From positions 13,141-77,140 of the forward strand of contig JBDRKL010000009.1 of assembly GCA_043814055.1 (NCBI GenBank): a stretch of 64,000 nucleotides of DNA. Direction: 5' to 3'. Origin of the DNA: an archaeon (GTDB taxonomy: Archaea; Undinarchaeota; Undinarchaeia; Undinarchaeales; JBDRKL01). Shown here piece by piece: positions 26,393 to 36,990 of the stretch. The notes beneath the pieces are model-generated. The model saw nothing but the letters and a program-made list of their open reading frames with translations. It had not been told where the DNA came from and made no database searches. Every line of letters starts with the position of its first letter. Position 1 is the stretch's first letter. The position numbers were made by a program, and so were the translations under genes.

Positions 26393-26437
26393 GCCATTTC
26401 TCCGTGTTGTATTTTGATTCGTGGGTTATATATGTTG

Positions 26438-27214
26438 TTATAATAATTGTTTTTCAGCATACTCAACCGCATTCTTGAATATTTTAATTCCTTCAGGCTC
26501 TTTAACATCCTCGCGGGTCCACCTTGGGTGGTTGGTCCTGTGGATGAACGCTTCAGGGTGCGGCATAAGACCAAAGATTCTTCCTGATTTGCCGCAGAAA
26601 CCTGCAATTCCATCTACTGAGCCGTTCGGATTAAATGGATAAGGAGGATTTAGGTTTCCTTCTGAATCTGTGTAGCGCATCACGAGCTGCTTGTTCTTCT
26701 GCATTTCTTTGAGCACTGAATCGTCTTTTGGAACGAATTTGCCTTCGCCGTGCCTCACTGGGAGATACATTTTTTCAATTCCTTTTGTCCAGATGCACGG
26801 CGAGTCCTGCTCAACTTTCAGATAGGTCCAGCGGTCTTCAAGCCGCGCAGAATCGTTGTGCGTCAAGGTGAAAGATTGCTCGTCAGGAGTTGGGAGAAGC
26901 GGGTATTTCATAAGCACTTGGAAGCCGTTGCAGATTCCGATTATGAGCTTCTGGTCAGAAACGAACTGCTGAATCTGCTCATCCAGGTTGTTCTTCATCT
27001 TGAGCATCAGCACTTTGCCGCCGCCGAGGTTGTCCGCGAATGAGAACCCACCGGGCAGTGCGAGGATTTGGTAGTCCTCAAGCTTCTTCGCGCCGTTGAT
27101 TAATTCATTAATGTGAACTTTTTCAGCTTCAGCACCGGCTAGCTCAAACACGTGCTGCGTTTCGTAGTCGCAGTTTATTCCATAGCCGGTTAGGATGAGT
27201 GCTTTAACGTCCAT
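26438..27214 (-). CDS. purQ: FGAM synthase I (glutaminase); start at MDVKALILTGYG
   Basis: GICNGFQ and HPE motifs. Confidence 0.9.
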   Translation of the reverse strand: MDVKALILTGYGINCDYETQHVFELAGAEAEKVHINELINGAKKLEDYQILALPGGFSFADNLGGGKVLMLKMKNNLDEQIQQFVSDQKLIIGICNGFQVLMKYPLLPTPDEQSFTLTHNDSARLEDRWTYLKVEQDSPCIWTKGIEKMYLPVRHGEGKFVPKDDSVLKEMQKNKQLVMRYTDSEGNLNPPYPFNPNGSVDGIAGFCGKSGRIFGLMPHPEAFIHRTNHPRWTREDVKEPEGIKIFKNAVEYAEKQLL

Positions 27215-27215
27215 T

Positions 27216-30161
27216 TTAGAATCCTCCAAACGTGCTTTGCCACGCCCCCTTGAGCTCTGCAATGCTCTTATTGATTAGTTCGTTTCCGCCCTGAGTTATT
27301 TTGAGAATTGGTTCTTTTGTTACAACCCCAACCTCTGCAAATGGAATACCTTCCATTAGTTTTTCAAACTCTGCTTTTTTCTCTGGGTTGATTGTAACCA
27401 CAAACCTGCCCGGGCTTTCTGAGTATAAAATCCGGGTTTCGTCATCCATATCAGCTGGGACTTTTGCCAGGTCAATTTCCAAGCCAAGCCCGCCGCCGAA
27501 CGCAACCTCTGCGAGCGAAACCGCTAAGCCGCCGAGGTAAACTCCGTGACAAGATTGAATCAAGCTGTTTGAAATTGCAGATGAAACCGCTTTGTAAGTG
27601 TCAAGCGCGATTTCCTTGTCAAGTGTTGGAACATTTTTCCCAACTTTGTTGTGCATTTCGTAAAACTCAGAAGCTCCTAATTCATCTCGTGTTCCGCCAA
27701 TCACATAAACCAAATCACCTTGGCTTTTCGCGTCCATTGAAACGCACTTCTCAACATCCTCAACTTTCGCAATTGCAGTGAAGTGGAGAGCAGGAAGCCC
27801 TGAGACTTTGTGCATCTTGCCTTTTGAGTCTTCAATGTTGCCGTCCACGAACATGCTGTCTTTTCCAGAAATACACGGCGTGTTGAAATGAGTTGTGTAA
27901 TCGTAGAGCGCTTTGTTCGCACGGACTAGCTGGGCAAGCTTGTGCTTGCCGTCAGGGTTATGCTTTTTGTCATAGATTGAGTTCGGCCAACAGAAGTTGT
28001 CGTTGAGCGCGATTTGCTCAAGTGAGCCTCCGACTGCAATTACGCGGCGGATTGCTTCATCCAAAACGCACGCAGTCATGTGATAAGCGTCAATTTTTGA
28101 ATACCGCGGGTTTATGGCAGACGCAGTTGCAAGCCCTTCGTTTGAATCCAGCAGAGGTTTCACAACTGCTGCATCTCCGCGCGCATCGTTCTCCGCGCCG
28201 ATGAACATCTTCAGGGCGCTGCCTGCTTGAACTTCGTGGTCGTATTGCCGCTGGATGAACTCCTTGCTCGCGATGTTCTCGCGGGCAAGCATCTTGAGAA
28301 GTGTTTCGTTGTGATCTTTTACTTTAATTTTTGGCTCAGCCTCAGATTTTGGATTGAACTCTGCCTCAAGCTCCAGTCTTGGAAAGCCGGAGTGCAGGAA
28401 CTCCATATCAAGATACGCTGCTGTTTTGCCATCGTAGAGCAGGTGCAGTTTGCCAGTGCTCTTATACTCGCCAACAACAGCCATTTCAACATCATGCACT
28501 TTTGCAAGTGCCTCAAGCTCCCTGAGTTTGCCTGGCTTTGTTGCGATTATCATTCTTTCCTGTGATTCTGAAATCCAAATTTCCCACGGCGCTAAGCCGG
28601 CATATTTTGACTTGACTTTATCCAAGTGCACTTCGCACCCGTTTGAGTAGCGCGCGGTTTCTCCAATCGCTGAAGACAAACCCCCACCGCCGCAGTCGGT
28701 TATGCAGTTGTACATTCCTTTGTCCCTTGCTTCAAGCAAAAAGTCGTGCACTTTCTTCTGCGTGTAAGGGTCTCCAATTTGCACGTGGCCTGCGGTTATT
28801 TTCTCACTCAGCTCAAGCGAGGATTCTGTAACTCCGTGTATGCCGTCCTTCCCAACTCTGCCGCCGAGAATTATTATCAAGTCGCCGTTGTCTATGCTTT
28901 TCTCGTGCGCTGGAGCTCCGTTCACTTCTTTTGGCATCATCCCGAGCGCAGTAACATAAACAAGCGGTTTTCCAATGTAAGAGTTATCAAAGAATGTCAA
29001 GCCGAAAGAAGTTGGAATTCCAGAGTTGTTACCGCCGTCTTTCACGCCTTCAATTATTCCTTCCAGCAGTCTGCGCGGTGGCATCTTCGGTTTTAAATCT
29101 CCAGTGTAAAAAGGGCTTCCTGTGCAGTAGCCGTACATTCCTGCGATGATTTTTGAGCCAAGTCCTGTGCCCATTGGATCCCTGTAAACTCCAACTATTC
29201 CAGTGAGCGCGCCGCCGTAGGGGTCCATTGCCGAAGGGCTGTTGTGCGTCTCGCACTTCACAACATAGTTCCAAGCGTCATTGAATTTTGCCACACCTGC
29301 GTTGTCCCAGAACATTGAAACAATCCAAGGCACTTTTTTCCTGATTTCCTCTGCGGATTTTTTTATGTAAGTGTCAAACAGGCTGTCAATCTGCCAGCCC
29401 TCATAGTTTATCAAGCCGTTGAAAATTCTGTGCTTGCAGTGCTCGCTCTGGGTCTGCCCAATCATTTCAAGCTCTACATCTGTTGGTTTCTCGCTGAGTC
29501 CTGCTTTTTTTCTCGCTTCCTGCACCTCGGGTTTTTCGTAATATGATTTTACCACGTGCATGTCCGCCAAGCTTAAAGCAAGCGACCTGGACTCGCTGAG
29601 TTTTAAAAGCTCCTTGTCATTGCCAAGCTCAAGCTCTTTCACTTCTGGCTCGTGCTTGAGCTCAACTTTAGGGATTTTGAATTCCGGCTTGAACTCAGAT
29701 TTTGAAAAAATGCTCCACCGCTCAATCATGTCGTTTCCGAGCAGCTCGCCAGCGATTTGCTCAGCCTGCTTTTTCGTGATTTTGCCCTTGAGCAGGTACT
29801 GCGCCGCGGTGTAAACGTGCTCCCCGCCCTTGAGCTTGAATTTCAGAACATCTTCAATCGCTCTTGCAGCCACGTCGCCTGTGTTGTCCTTCACACCCGG
29901 CAGATAGCCAACTTCAACAATGTAGTCCAAATCCTCTGCGAGCGAGTCGTAAGAGGAGGTTTGCGTGATTTGGTCTGTGAAAACTTCATTCTTAACTTTC
30001 TCAAGCTGCTCATCGCTCAGCACAGCATCAATCAAAAACAAGTCAATCTTCTGCACTGAGTCCAGCGCGATGCCAAAATAGTCCCTGACGCGCTTTTTGA
30101 CATAGTCTCCCTTAGAGTCCGTGAACTCCGGCTTGAACATTACAGATAAGCGGTGCGCCAT
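27216..30161 (-). CDS. purL: FGAM synthase II with a fused N-terminal PurS-like domain and linker (PurSL); start at MAHRL
   Basis: SEHCKHRIF, two AIRS-like halves, and about 230 extra N-terminal residues. TATA gtttttatatatt lies about 26 nt upstream of ATG 30161, consistent with a leaderless transcript. Confidence 0.9.
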   Translation of the reverse strand: MAHRLSVMFKPEFTDSKGDYVKKRVRDYFGIALDSVQKIDLFLIDAVLSDEQLEKVKNEVFTDQITQTSSYDSLAEDLDYIVEVGYLPGVKDNTGDVAARAIEDVLKFKLKGGEHVYTAAQYLLKGKITKKQAEQIAGELLGNDMIERWSIFSKSEFKPEFKIPKVELKHEPEVKELELGNDKELLKLSESRSLALSLADMHVVKSYYEKPEVQEARKKAGLSEKPTDVELEMIGQTQSEHCKHRIFNGLINYEGWQIDSLFDTYIKKSAEEIRKKVPWIVSMFWDNAGVAKFNDAWNYVVKCETHNSPSAMDPYGGALTGIVGVYRDPMGTGLGSKIIAGMYGYCTGSPFYTGDLKPKMPPRRLLEGIIEGVKDGGNNSGIPTSFGLTFFDNSYIGKPLVYVTALGMMPKEVNGAPAHEKSIDNGDLIIILGGRVGKDGIHGVTESSLELSEKITAGHVQIGDPYTQKKVHDFLLEARDKGMYNCITDCGGGGLSSAIGETARYSNGCEVHLDKVKSKYAGLAPWEIWISESQERMIIATKPGKLRELEALAKVHDVEMAVVGEYKSTGKLHLLYDGKTAAYLDMEFLHSGFPRLELEAEFNPKSEAEPKIKVKDHNETLLKMLARENIASKEFIQRQYDHEVQAGSALKMFIGAENDARGDAAVVKPLLDSNEGLATASAINPRYSKIDAYHMTACVLDEAIRRVIAVGGSLEQIALNDNFCWPNSIYDKKHNPDGKHKLAQLVRANKALYDYTTHFNTPCISGKDSMFVDGNIEDSKGKMHKVSGLPALHFTAIAKVEDVEKCVSMDAKSQGDLVYVIGGTRDELGASEFYEMHNKVGKNVPTLDKEIALDTYKAVSSAISNSLIQSCHGVYLGGLAVSLAEVAFGGGLGLEIDLAKVPADMDDETRILYSESPGRFVVTINPEKKAEFEKLMEGIPFAEVGVVTKEPILKITQGGNELINKSIAELKGAWQSTFGGF

Positions 30162-30223
30162 TCTAAAGCTTATTAGGCGCGGCAATATATAAAAACTTTG
30201 AGGATGAAAAGAATAAATTAATT

Positions 30224-30979
30224 ATGAACGAACACAGTAAAAAATTCTGTGCATTTGAGCATGAAAGGTATGGGCATATTTTTAACGGGTACTGCATGCG
30301 GCCGAACTCGCCAGCAACAAAACTAAGAGCTGATATAGGCGAGATTAGGGTTGTGGGAACTGACTTTAAAGTACTACAGGAATTTCTGCTGAAACATGGA
30401 ACCCGCTATTACCCTAAGGGTCTGCTGGGGAATGACTGGATTGGGGACATTAACATTTTATGGTTTTACGAAGCTGTGAATGCTGAAAGCGGCTACAGGA
30501 AAGAGCTGGATAGAAAGGTAATAAGCGCGCTTGGGGATGAAAGAAAAACACTGGCTGAGATAAGCAAGGAATTGGAACTGCAGACGAGAGCTACATGGGA
30601 TTGCATGCGCGAAGCTTTAAGAATAAATATCATAGTAAAAGAGCACGATACAATAAAAGGGACTGTCTACAGAGTTAATTATGAATTCTTAAAGGCAGTG
30701 CTGGAGTATCACAATAGCCATGCTGAGCGCTTTGTTAAAATCATGGAAGCAGCCCTGAAAGATGACATGGAAAAAAGAAAGATTGGAAGTTTGCAGGGCT
30801 TGGCAATAAAATCCAATATTATAAGAGATAAATATGAAAACGCAGAGAGAATCACAATGCACGTCAAGACCAATACGAGGAAGCATAAAAGGAAATTAGA
30901 GCTAAAGATTGCATTTTTTGCAAACCCGATACTGGTAAATCTGGATGAGGGGGGAATACCCTTGGAAAAATTGGAATAA
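30224..30979 (+). CDS. Hypothetical protein with a central wHTH-like segment
   Basis: RKTLAEISKELELQTRATWDCMREALRINIIVKEHDTIKGTVYRVN. It interrupts the pur/pyr block on the opposite strand. No family recognised. Confidence 0.4.
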   Translation: MNEHSKKFCAFEHERYGHIFNGYCMRPNSPATKLRADIGEIRVVGTDFKVLQEFLLKHGTRYYPKGLLGNDWIGDINILWFYEAVNAESGYRKELDRKVISALGDERKTLAEISKELELQTRATWDCMREALRINIIVKEHDTIKGTVYRVNYEFLKAVLEYHNSHAERFVKIMEAALKDDMEKRKIGSLQGLAIKSNIIRDKYENAERITMHVKTNTRKHKRKLELKIAFFANPILVNLDEGGIPLEKLE

Positions 30980-32578
30980 TCAACCCAAACACGCTTTAAT
31001 GAAACTCTTAAACAGCGGCGCCGGCTTCTCAACCCTAGACTTGAACTCCGGGTGGAACTGCGACGCGATGAAGAACGGATGCTCTTTCTTTGGCAGTTCA
31101 AGTATCTCCATTATTTCACCATCCGGCGACCTGCCTGAGAATACCAATCCTGCTTTCTCCAGAGTCTTGACATACTTTGGATTGAACTCATACCGGTGCC
31201 TGTGCCTCTCGTCAATCCTGTCCTTGTTGTAAATTGAATGCGCGAGTGTTCCTTTCTTCAGCCTGCACGGCCACGTGCCCAATCTCATTGTCGCGCCCAT
31301 ATCAATTCCCTTGTATTGCGTGGGCAGGATGAATATGACCGGGTGCTTTGTTTTTGGATCAACTTCAGTGCTGTTCGCTCCTTTCAACCCAGCGGCATCT
31401 CTTGCAAACCCCACACTCGCCAATTGGAACCCATAGCACAACCCGAGGAATGGAATCTTGTTCTTCCTTGCGTAGTTAATCGCTGCGATTTTGCCCTCTA
31501 CCCCGCGACCGCCGAACCCGCCAGGCACAATTAAACCGTCAATATCATCAAGAACCTTAAGCTTTTTTGGGTCATTCTCAAAGTCAGTCATCTCAAGCCA
31601 TTTTATCTCAACCTTGCAGTTGTTCGCGCCTGCCGCGTGCTTGAGCGACTCGGTTATGCTCACATAAGAATCGTTAAGCGCGGTGTATTTGCCTGCCATT
31701 GCGATTTTCACAGTTTTCTTCGCGTTGTTCATATCCTGCACGACTTTCTTCCAGCTCTTGAAATCATTCTTTCGTTTCTTCAAACCCAGCTTCTTCAGGA
31801 TTTTTTCCCCGATTCGTTCTTCCTGCAGGACAAGCGGGACCTCATACAGGTTTGAAACATCCGGGTCTGAGATTATGTATTTCTCGTCAACATTGCAGAA
31901 CAGGGAAATTTTCTCCTTGGTCTTCTTTAACAGCTTGTTCGGCGAGCGCGCCAGTATGAAATCCGGCTGTACCCCGGCTTCCTGCAGTCTTTGAATTGAG
32001 TGCTGTGTCGGCTTGGTCTTCTGCTCCCCGACAACTGAAATCTCCGGCACAAGCGTTACGTGGAGAAACAGGACATTCTCAGGCCCTGCCTCCCTGTGCA
32101 ACTGCCTCGCTGCCTCCAGAAATGGCATGCTCTCTATGTCCCCGACTGTTCCGCCAATTTCAACTATCACAAAATCCGTGCCTTTTGAAACTGCTTTTAT
32201 CTGATTCTTGATTTCGTCTATGACGTGCGGGATAATTTGAACGGTTTTTCCAAGGTAGTCGCCCTTGCGCTCCTTGTCAATAACGGCCTTGTAAACCTTG
32301 CCGGTCGTTATGTTATTTTTCCGCTCCAGATTCAAGTTTAAGAACCGCTCGTAATTGCCAAGGTCCATGTCCACTTCGCCGCCATCGTCCAAAACGAAGA
32401 CCTCGCCGTGCTCAAATGGATTCATTGTGCCGGCGTCAACATTCAAGTAGGGGTCAACCTTGACCATATTAACCTTAAAACCGTAGCACTGCAGAATCTT
32501 GCCAATAGAAGAAGATACGATGCCCTTGCCTAATCCTGAAAGAACTCCACCTGTTGTGATTATGTACTTGGTTTGCAT
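30980..32578 (-). CDS. pyrG: CTP synthase
   Basis: [19 protein letters not shown]... GLCYGFQ ... full-length match to the PyrG pattern. Confidence 0.95.
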   Translation of the reverse strand: MQTKYIITTGGVLSGLGKGIVSSSIGKILQCYGFKVNMVKVDPYLNVDAGTMNPFEHGEVFVLDDGGEVDMDLGNYERFLNLNLERKNNITTGKVYKAVIDKERKGDYLGKTVQIIPHVIDEIKNQIKAVSKGTDFVIVEIGGTVGDIESMPFLEAARQLHREAGPENVLFLHVTLVPEISVVGEQKTKPTQHSIQRLQEAGVQPDFILARSPNKLLKKTKEKISLFCNVDEKYIISDPDVSNLYEVPLVLQEERIGEKILKKLGLKKRKNDFKSWKKVVQDMNNAKKTVKIAMAGKYTALNDSYVSITESLKHAAGANNCKVEIKWLEMTDFENDPKKLKVLDDIDGLIVPGGFGGRGVEGKIAAINYARKNKIPFLGLCYGFQLASVGFARDAAGLKGANSTEVDPKTKHPVIFILPTQYKGIDMGATMRLGTWPCRLKKGTLAHSIYNKDRIDERHRHRYEFNPKYVKTLEKAGLVFSGRSPDGEIMEILELPKKEHPFFIASQFHPEFKSRVEKPAPLFKSFIKACLG

Positions 32579-32624
32579 AATTATTGATGGTCGAGGTTAT
32601 ATAAAAGGATTTCTTTGAGATAGG

Positions 32625-32674
32625 GGCTTCGCCGAAGGTGAATGCCCCAGCTTTACCTCCGCAAGCAGGCGGAG
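32625..32674 (+). repeat. PE-1 copy C, intergenic, inverted relative to copies A and B
   Basis: ggcttcgccgaaggtgaatgccccagctttacctccgcaagcaggcggag, lying between two TATA-like boxes upstream of pyrG. Confidence 0.8.
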
Positions 32675-32685
32675 ATATAAAAGAC

Positions 32686-33015
32686 TTACTCAGCCCTTAT
32701 GAACGCGCAGCTCGTGGTGACCTCAACAAAGTGGTGCGTTTCGCCGTTTATGAAAGACTCGCACTGGTTCTCAGCCAAGTCATCAACTGCCTGCCGCGGT
32801 GAGTGCGCGATGTCGCAGACCCAGTCCTCAGCAATTTCCTGGTTTAAACATGGTCCTGCCTCGGTTAAAGTGCCGTCAGCCATTGAGCGAATGCACGCGG
32901 TTATGCAGAACTGCTTGGCGTCTTCAACTGGCGCGGGAATTTTTTCCTTAGCGCTGATGCAGCCGCTCATAAGAATTACAAGAATAAGAACAATTGCAAA
33001 TGTCTTAAGCTTCAT
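32686..33015 (-). CDS. Small secreted Cys-rich protein with a lipoprotein-like signal
   Basis: Signal peptide ending LMSGC and 7 further Cys. Related to 412..762. Confidence 0.55.
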   Translation of the reverse strand: MKLKTFAIVLILVILMSGCISAKEKIPAPVEDAKQFCITACIRSMADGTLTEAGPCLNQEIAEDWVCDIAHSPRQAVDDLAENQCESFINGETHHFVEVTTSCAFIRAE

Positions 33016-33051
33016 GATTGCACAAAGGGCTCTGCGTTTATAAGGGTTACG

Positions 33052-33711
33052 CTACGCTACAAATTCAAGCAGTTTTGGGGCGAGCAGAATCGCAAAATAA
33101 TAATTTATAACAAAGCAGGTCATGTTTGAGACTCCGACTTTTATAGGGGGTATTTGACCCACTATCAAAAGAGCCATTTTCATAGAACGGCCTGCTGCAA
33201 ATGCAATCATGTAAACCAGCAGAAAATTTGCAAGCACAAAATTCATGCCAAAGAATGACAAGAACACCCAAAGAACCGTGGACGATGTCATTAAATTAAG
33301 AAAATTTGACAAGTTGTGAAGGAAGCTCTTCTCAATAAATGCATCCAGTGGGGTTTCATATAATTCAAGGAGGAATGTAACCATTGCTGCAGCAAGCGCA
33401 GTGATAAACCCCACAGTTGGACCAAAGGTTATAGTTATCACAAACAGCATGAGAAATGCCATTTCCAAACCGTTTCTATTCATTTGCGCCGCGCTTGAAA
33501 ACGCAAATATAGGGAACAATAAGAACAGCATTAGATAGGAAGGTCCGCTTGAAGGGCTGGAAATACCTGAAGTGAAGAGACCAAGCAAGATTAAAAACGT
33601 AAGAACTCCAAGCAAGATGATAATAAGGAGAATAGCCCATGCTGGAAGTCTGAAAATGAGGTCCTTGACCTTCTGAAATGGACCAGATCGCTTTCCATAG
33701 GTCATGAACAA
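33052..33711 (-). CDS. Polytopic membrane protein, unknown function
   Basis: About 6 TM helices. The C-terminal FAAGRSMKM segment resembles FMFGRNMAKR in 54585..55070. Confidence 0.5.
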   Translation of the reverse strand: MFMTYGKRSGPFQKVKDLIFRLPAWAILLIIILLGVLTFLILLGLFTSGISSPSSGPSYLMLFLLFPIFAFSSAAQMNRNGLEMAFLMLFVITITFGPTVGFITALAAAMVTFLLELYETPLDAFIEKSFLHNLSNFLNLMTSSTVLWVFLSFFGMNFVLANFLLVYMIAFAAGRSMKMALLIVGQIPPIKVGVSNMTCFVINYYFAILLAPKLLEFVA

Positions 33712-33749
33712 CTAATAGATTAAGAGTTTAATAAGCTATTGCATATAGG

Positions 33750-34631
33750 TTAGAACAGCTCTTCGCCGACTAGGCGGACATATGCCTCAAGGTACTTGTC
33801 GCTCGTGTTCTTCACAACTTCAGGGGGTAGTTTTGGCACAGGCGGCGCCTTGTTCCAGTTCTGACTTACTAGGTAATCGCGTACGTACTGCTTGTCAAAG
33901 CTCGGCTGGTCCGCGCCTGGCACATAATTATCAAACGGCCAGAAGCGCGAAGAGTCTGGTGTTAAAACTTCGTCAATGATTATGACTTCATTGCCGAATT
34001 TGCCGAACTCAAATTTGGTGTCCGCGAGAATTATGTTCTTTGTGAGCGCGTATTCAGCCGCCTTGTTGTAAATTGCGATTGACTTTTCCTGAAGCTCGTA
34101 AATCACGTCACCAACTTGTTTTGCCGCTTCGTCAATGCTGGTATTAACATCGTGACCGCCAACCGCCGCCTTGGTTGAGGGAGTGAATATTGGCTGGGGC
34201 AACTGCTCTCCGTTCGTGAGGCCGCCAGGCAATTCCTGCCCGCAGACCTTGCCTGTTTTTTGGTATTCTTTCCAGCCAGAGCCAGCAAGATAGCCACGCA
34301 CAATGCACTCAATCGGGAACGGCTTGGCCTTTTTTACTATAAGCGAGCGGTCCTGAAGCTCAATGTGCTGTCTCAACTCCTCTGGGAATTGCGCAAAGTC
34401 CCACTGAACCACATGATTTGGAACTATGTCCTTGATGAGATCAAACCAGAATACTGAGAGCTTTGTTAGAACAACGCCCTTGTAGGGAATGCCATTTGGC
34501 AGTATGTGGTCAAACGCGGAAATCCTGTCAGTCGCTACCATCAGGTAGTTGTCGCCAAGGTCGTACATCTCGCGCACCTTGCCAGAGTTCACGTGCTTGA
34601 AAGGGAGGTTTAGTTTTGTTACAACATTCAT
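33750..34631 (-). CDS. purC: SAICAR synthetase (long form)
   Basis: SGKVREMYD...LMVATDRISAFD...LADTKFEFG. Confidence 0.9.
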   Translation of the reverse strand: MNVVTKLNLPFKHVNSGKVREMYDLGDNYLMVATDRISAFDHILPNGIPYKGVVLTKLSVFWFDLIKDIVPNHVVQWDFAQFPEELRQHIELQDRSLIVKKAKPFPIECIVRGYLAGSGWKEYQKTGKVCGQELPGGLTNGEQLPQPIFTPSTKAAVGGHDVNTSIDEAAKQVGDVIYELQEKSIAIYNKAAEYALTKNIILADTKFEFGKFGNEVIIIDEVLTPDSSRFWPFDNYVPGADQPSFDKQYVRDYLVSQNWNKAPPVPKLPPEVVKNTSDKYLEAYVRLVGEELF

Positions 34632-34632
34632 T

Positions 34633-36159
34633 TTAGTGCCTGAAAGCCCTCACCCCTGTGAAAGCCATTGCAATTCCGTGTTCGTCAGCAGCCTTTATTA
34701 CCTCTTCGTCCCGAACTGAGCCGCCCGGCTGCACGATTGCGATTACTCCGCCCTTTGCAACCTCGTCAATCCCGTCGCGGAACGGGAAGAATCCGTCAGA
34801 GGCGAGAACCGCGCCCTTTGAAAGTTCACCCGCCTTCTTGGTCGCGAGCATTGAGGAATCCACGCGAGACATCTGCCCTGCGCCTACGCCGACTGTTTTT
34901 TTATCCTTAACTAATAGAATTGCGTTTGACTTCACGTATTTTATCACATTGTACGCGAAGAGCATGTCCGCAATTTGCTCTTTTGTCGGCTTTTTCTTGG
35001 TGACAACCTTGAGGTCTTTCTCAGTTATAGTCGGGGTGTTGTTCTCGCGCACGAGTATGCCGCCGCCAACTGAAGTAATGAAATGCTCGCGGGTGCGCTC
35101 AAGCCCAGGATCCTTCAGCCGGATGATTCGAATATTCTTTTTCCCCTTTAGGATTTCAAGCGCCTCTGGCTCAAAGTCAGGGGCATAAACAACTTCCATG
35201 AAGATTTCCGCAATCTGGTTCGCGACTTCAGCGCAGCAGGTCCTGTTAAGCCCGACAACGCCGCCGAAAGCTGAAACCGGGTCGCAGTCCAGCGCGTTCC
35301 TGAACGCGTCAACTATGTTCGTTGCTGATGCCACGCCGCATGGAGTGACGTGCTTGAGTATTATAGCTGTCGGCTCTGTGAAGTCGTGAGCCATTTCAAT
35401 CGCAGTGTCTATGTCTAATATATTATTATAGGAGAGCTCTTTGCCGTGGAGCTGCTCAGCATTGGGGAAGCACGCACCCTGCGGGTTCTTCTTCGCGTAG
35501 AACGCTGCGCCCTCGTGCGGGTTTTCGCCGTAGCGCAGGTTTTCCACTTTTGAATAGGAGCCCAGAAGCTGGGCTGGGAATTTTTCCTTCTCAAGGTAAT
35601 TTGAAATCGCAACATCGTAATTCGCAGTGTGCTGGAACGCTTCTTTAGCAAGTTCGTATCTGAACCCGGAGTCAATTTTTCCTTTTTTAAGCTCTGCCAG
35701 GACCCTGCTGTATCTTGAAGGGTCAACCACCACAAGAACATTCTCGTGGTTCTTCGCTGCAGCGCGAATCATTGTGGGCCCGCCGATGTCAATGTTCTCT
35801 ATTGCGTCCTCAAACGTGTGTTCGCCTGAGATTACACTTTCAAATGGATAGAGGTTAACAACAACAATGTCAATCGGCTCAATGCCGTGCTCTTTCATCT
35901 CCTTTATGTGGCCATTGTCATTTCTGTTTGCAAGTATGCCGCCGTGGATTTTCGGGTGCAGGGTCTTCATGCGACCGCCGAGCATATGCGGGTATTCTGT
36001 GAGCTCTGAAACTTCTGTGACTGCGATTCCAGCTCCTTGTAGGTGCTTAGCTGTGCCGCTGGAGGAAATTATTTCATAGCCGAGCTCAGTGAGCCCTTTG
36101 CAAAATTCAGCAATGCCTTCCTTGTCATAAACGCTAATAAGCGCTAGTTTTTTTGCCAT
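34633..36159 (-). CDS. purH: Bifunctional AICAR transformylase / IMP cyclohydrolase
   Basis: ALISVYDKEGI...SSGGTAKHL...LHPKIHGGIL...VQPGGSVRD. Confidence 0.9.
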   Translation of the reverse strand: MAKKLALISVYDKEGIAEFCKGLTELGYEIISSSGTAKHLQGAGIAVTEVSELTEYPHMLGGRMKTLHPKIHGGILANRNDNGHIKEMKEHGIEPIDIVVVNLYPFESVISGEHTFEDAIENIDIGGPTMIRAAAKNHENVLVVVDPSRYSRVLAELKKGKIDSGFRYELAKEAFQHTANYDVAISNYLEKEKFPAQLLGSYSKVENLRYGENPHEGAAFYAKKNPQGACFPNAEQLHGKELSYNNILDIDTAIEMAHDFTEPTAIILKHVTPCGVASATNIVDAFRNALDCDPVSAFGGVVGLNRTCCAEVANQIAEIFMEVVYAPDFEPEALEILKGKKNIRIIRLKDPGLERTREHFITSVGGGILVRENNTPTITEKDLKVVTKKKPTKEQIADMLFAYNVIKYVKSNAILLVKDKKTVGVGAGQMSRVDSSMLATKKAGELSKGAVLASDGFFPFRDGIDEVAKGGVIAIVQPGGSVRDEEVIKAADEHGIAMAFTGVRAFRH

Positions 36160-36246
36160 TCTCTACCTCAGGTTCTGCTAAGCCGCGTGACTATTTAATT
36201 CTTGCGCCGCGCAACATTTATAACCCCTCTGCACTTACGATTTTTC

Positions 36247-36714
36247 ATGGTTGTACCAATAATTGAATTACTCGCAGGCGGCGAAGGAACTGTTGGGCTC
36301 ATCAGGACTCTCGTACTGCTTTTAGTAGTTTTGATATCCATCCTCTCGCTTTACTTCTCGCGGCTCCAGGGCGCAAAGCTCAAACTAATTGACATTCGGG
36401 AGCAGGTCCCTCTGAGCGCGGCACACCACACAATCATATTCACGAACTATGGGAACAAGACTGGTGTTGTCATAGGTCCGAAAGTGATTGCAGGCGAGGA
36501 TGCCGAGTGCGAGGACATCAACGCTGACAAAGACGTTCTTGCAATAGAGCCGCACAGCACGCTGGTCCGCAACGTGGAAGTTCACTCAGAAGTGGAGAAG
36601 AACTTTGACTACCACATAGAATACACAACGCACAAGGGCAAAATCTTGAAGCTTCCGAAGAGCACCTATCTTGGTAGCTCAAAGGGCCTGGGCGACGCAG
36701 GCAGTAGTCAGTAA
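36247..36714 (+). CDS. Hypothetical membrane-anchored protein
   Basis: One N-terminal TM segment. No family recognised. Confidence 0.35.
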   Translation: MVVPIIELLAGGEGTVGLIRTLVLLLVVLISILSLYFSRLQGAKLKLIDIREQVPLSAAHHTIIFTNYGNKTGVVIGPKVIAGEDAECEDINADKDVLAIEPHSTLVRNVEVHSEVEKNFDYHIEYTTHKGKILKLPKSTYLGSSKGLGDAGSSQ

Positions 36715-36836
36715 AAGCTATAAAAACTATAGCTTACATAGTTTTGTTGCATCCTTTCCGAAAGGGGAAGGGATGCTGTTCAAAAGTTAATTTCGCAAAA
36801 CGGTGACCAAAGGCAACCAGATTGCTTTTGTAAGGT

Positions 36837-36894
36837 GGCTTCGCGAACGCAGTGAGCGAATGCCGCCTAAAGTGTCAACTGCTTTTGCAGTTGT
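36837..36894 (+). repeat. Degenerate PE-1-like two-hairpin unit (copy D) abutting the 5' end of tRNA-Ser
   Basis: ggcttcgcgaacgcagtgagcgaatgccgcc followed by the perfect hairpin caactgc-tttt-gcagttg. Confidence 0.45.
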
Positions 36895-36983
36895 GTCGGG
36901 GTGGCACAACCTGGTACTGCGTAGGGTTGCTAACCCTATTGGACGTAAGTCCTTCGCGAGTTCAAATCTCGTCCCCGACGCCA
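36895..36983 (+). tRNA. tRNA-Ser (GCU), long variable arm, CCA encoded
   Basis: GTCGGGG...TAGGGTTGCTAACCCTA...TGGACGTAAGTCC...GAGTTCAAATCTC...CCCCGACGCCA. Confidence 0.85.
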
Positions 36984-36990
36984 TACTCAC

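Noticed and set aside
34658-35188. A 176-aa plus-strand ORF. Similar long antisense ORFs occur at 46148..46720, 56931..57509, 15462..15968 and 58652..59188.
   Set aside because: Each is antisense to a strongly supported gene (purH, ftsZ, the platform protein, the PP-loop ATPase, the ATPase and platform junction). All are shadow ORFs.
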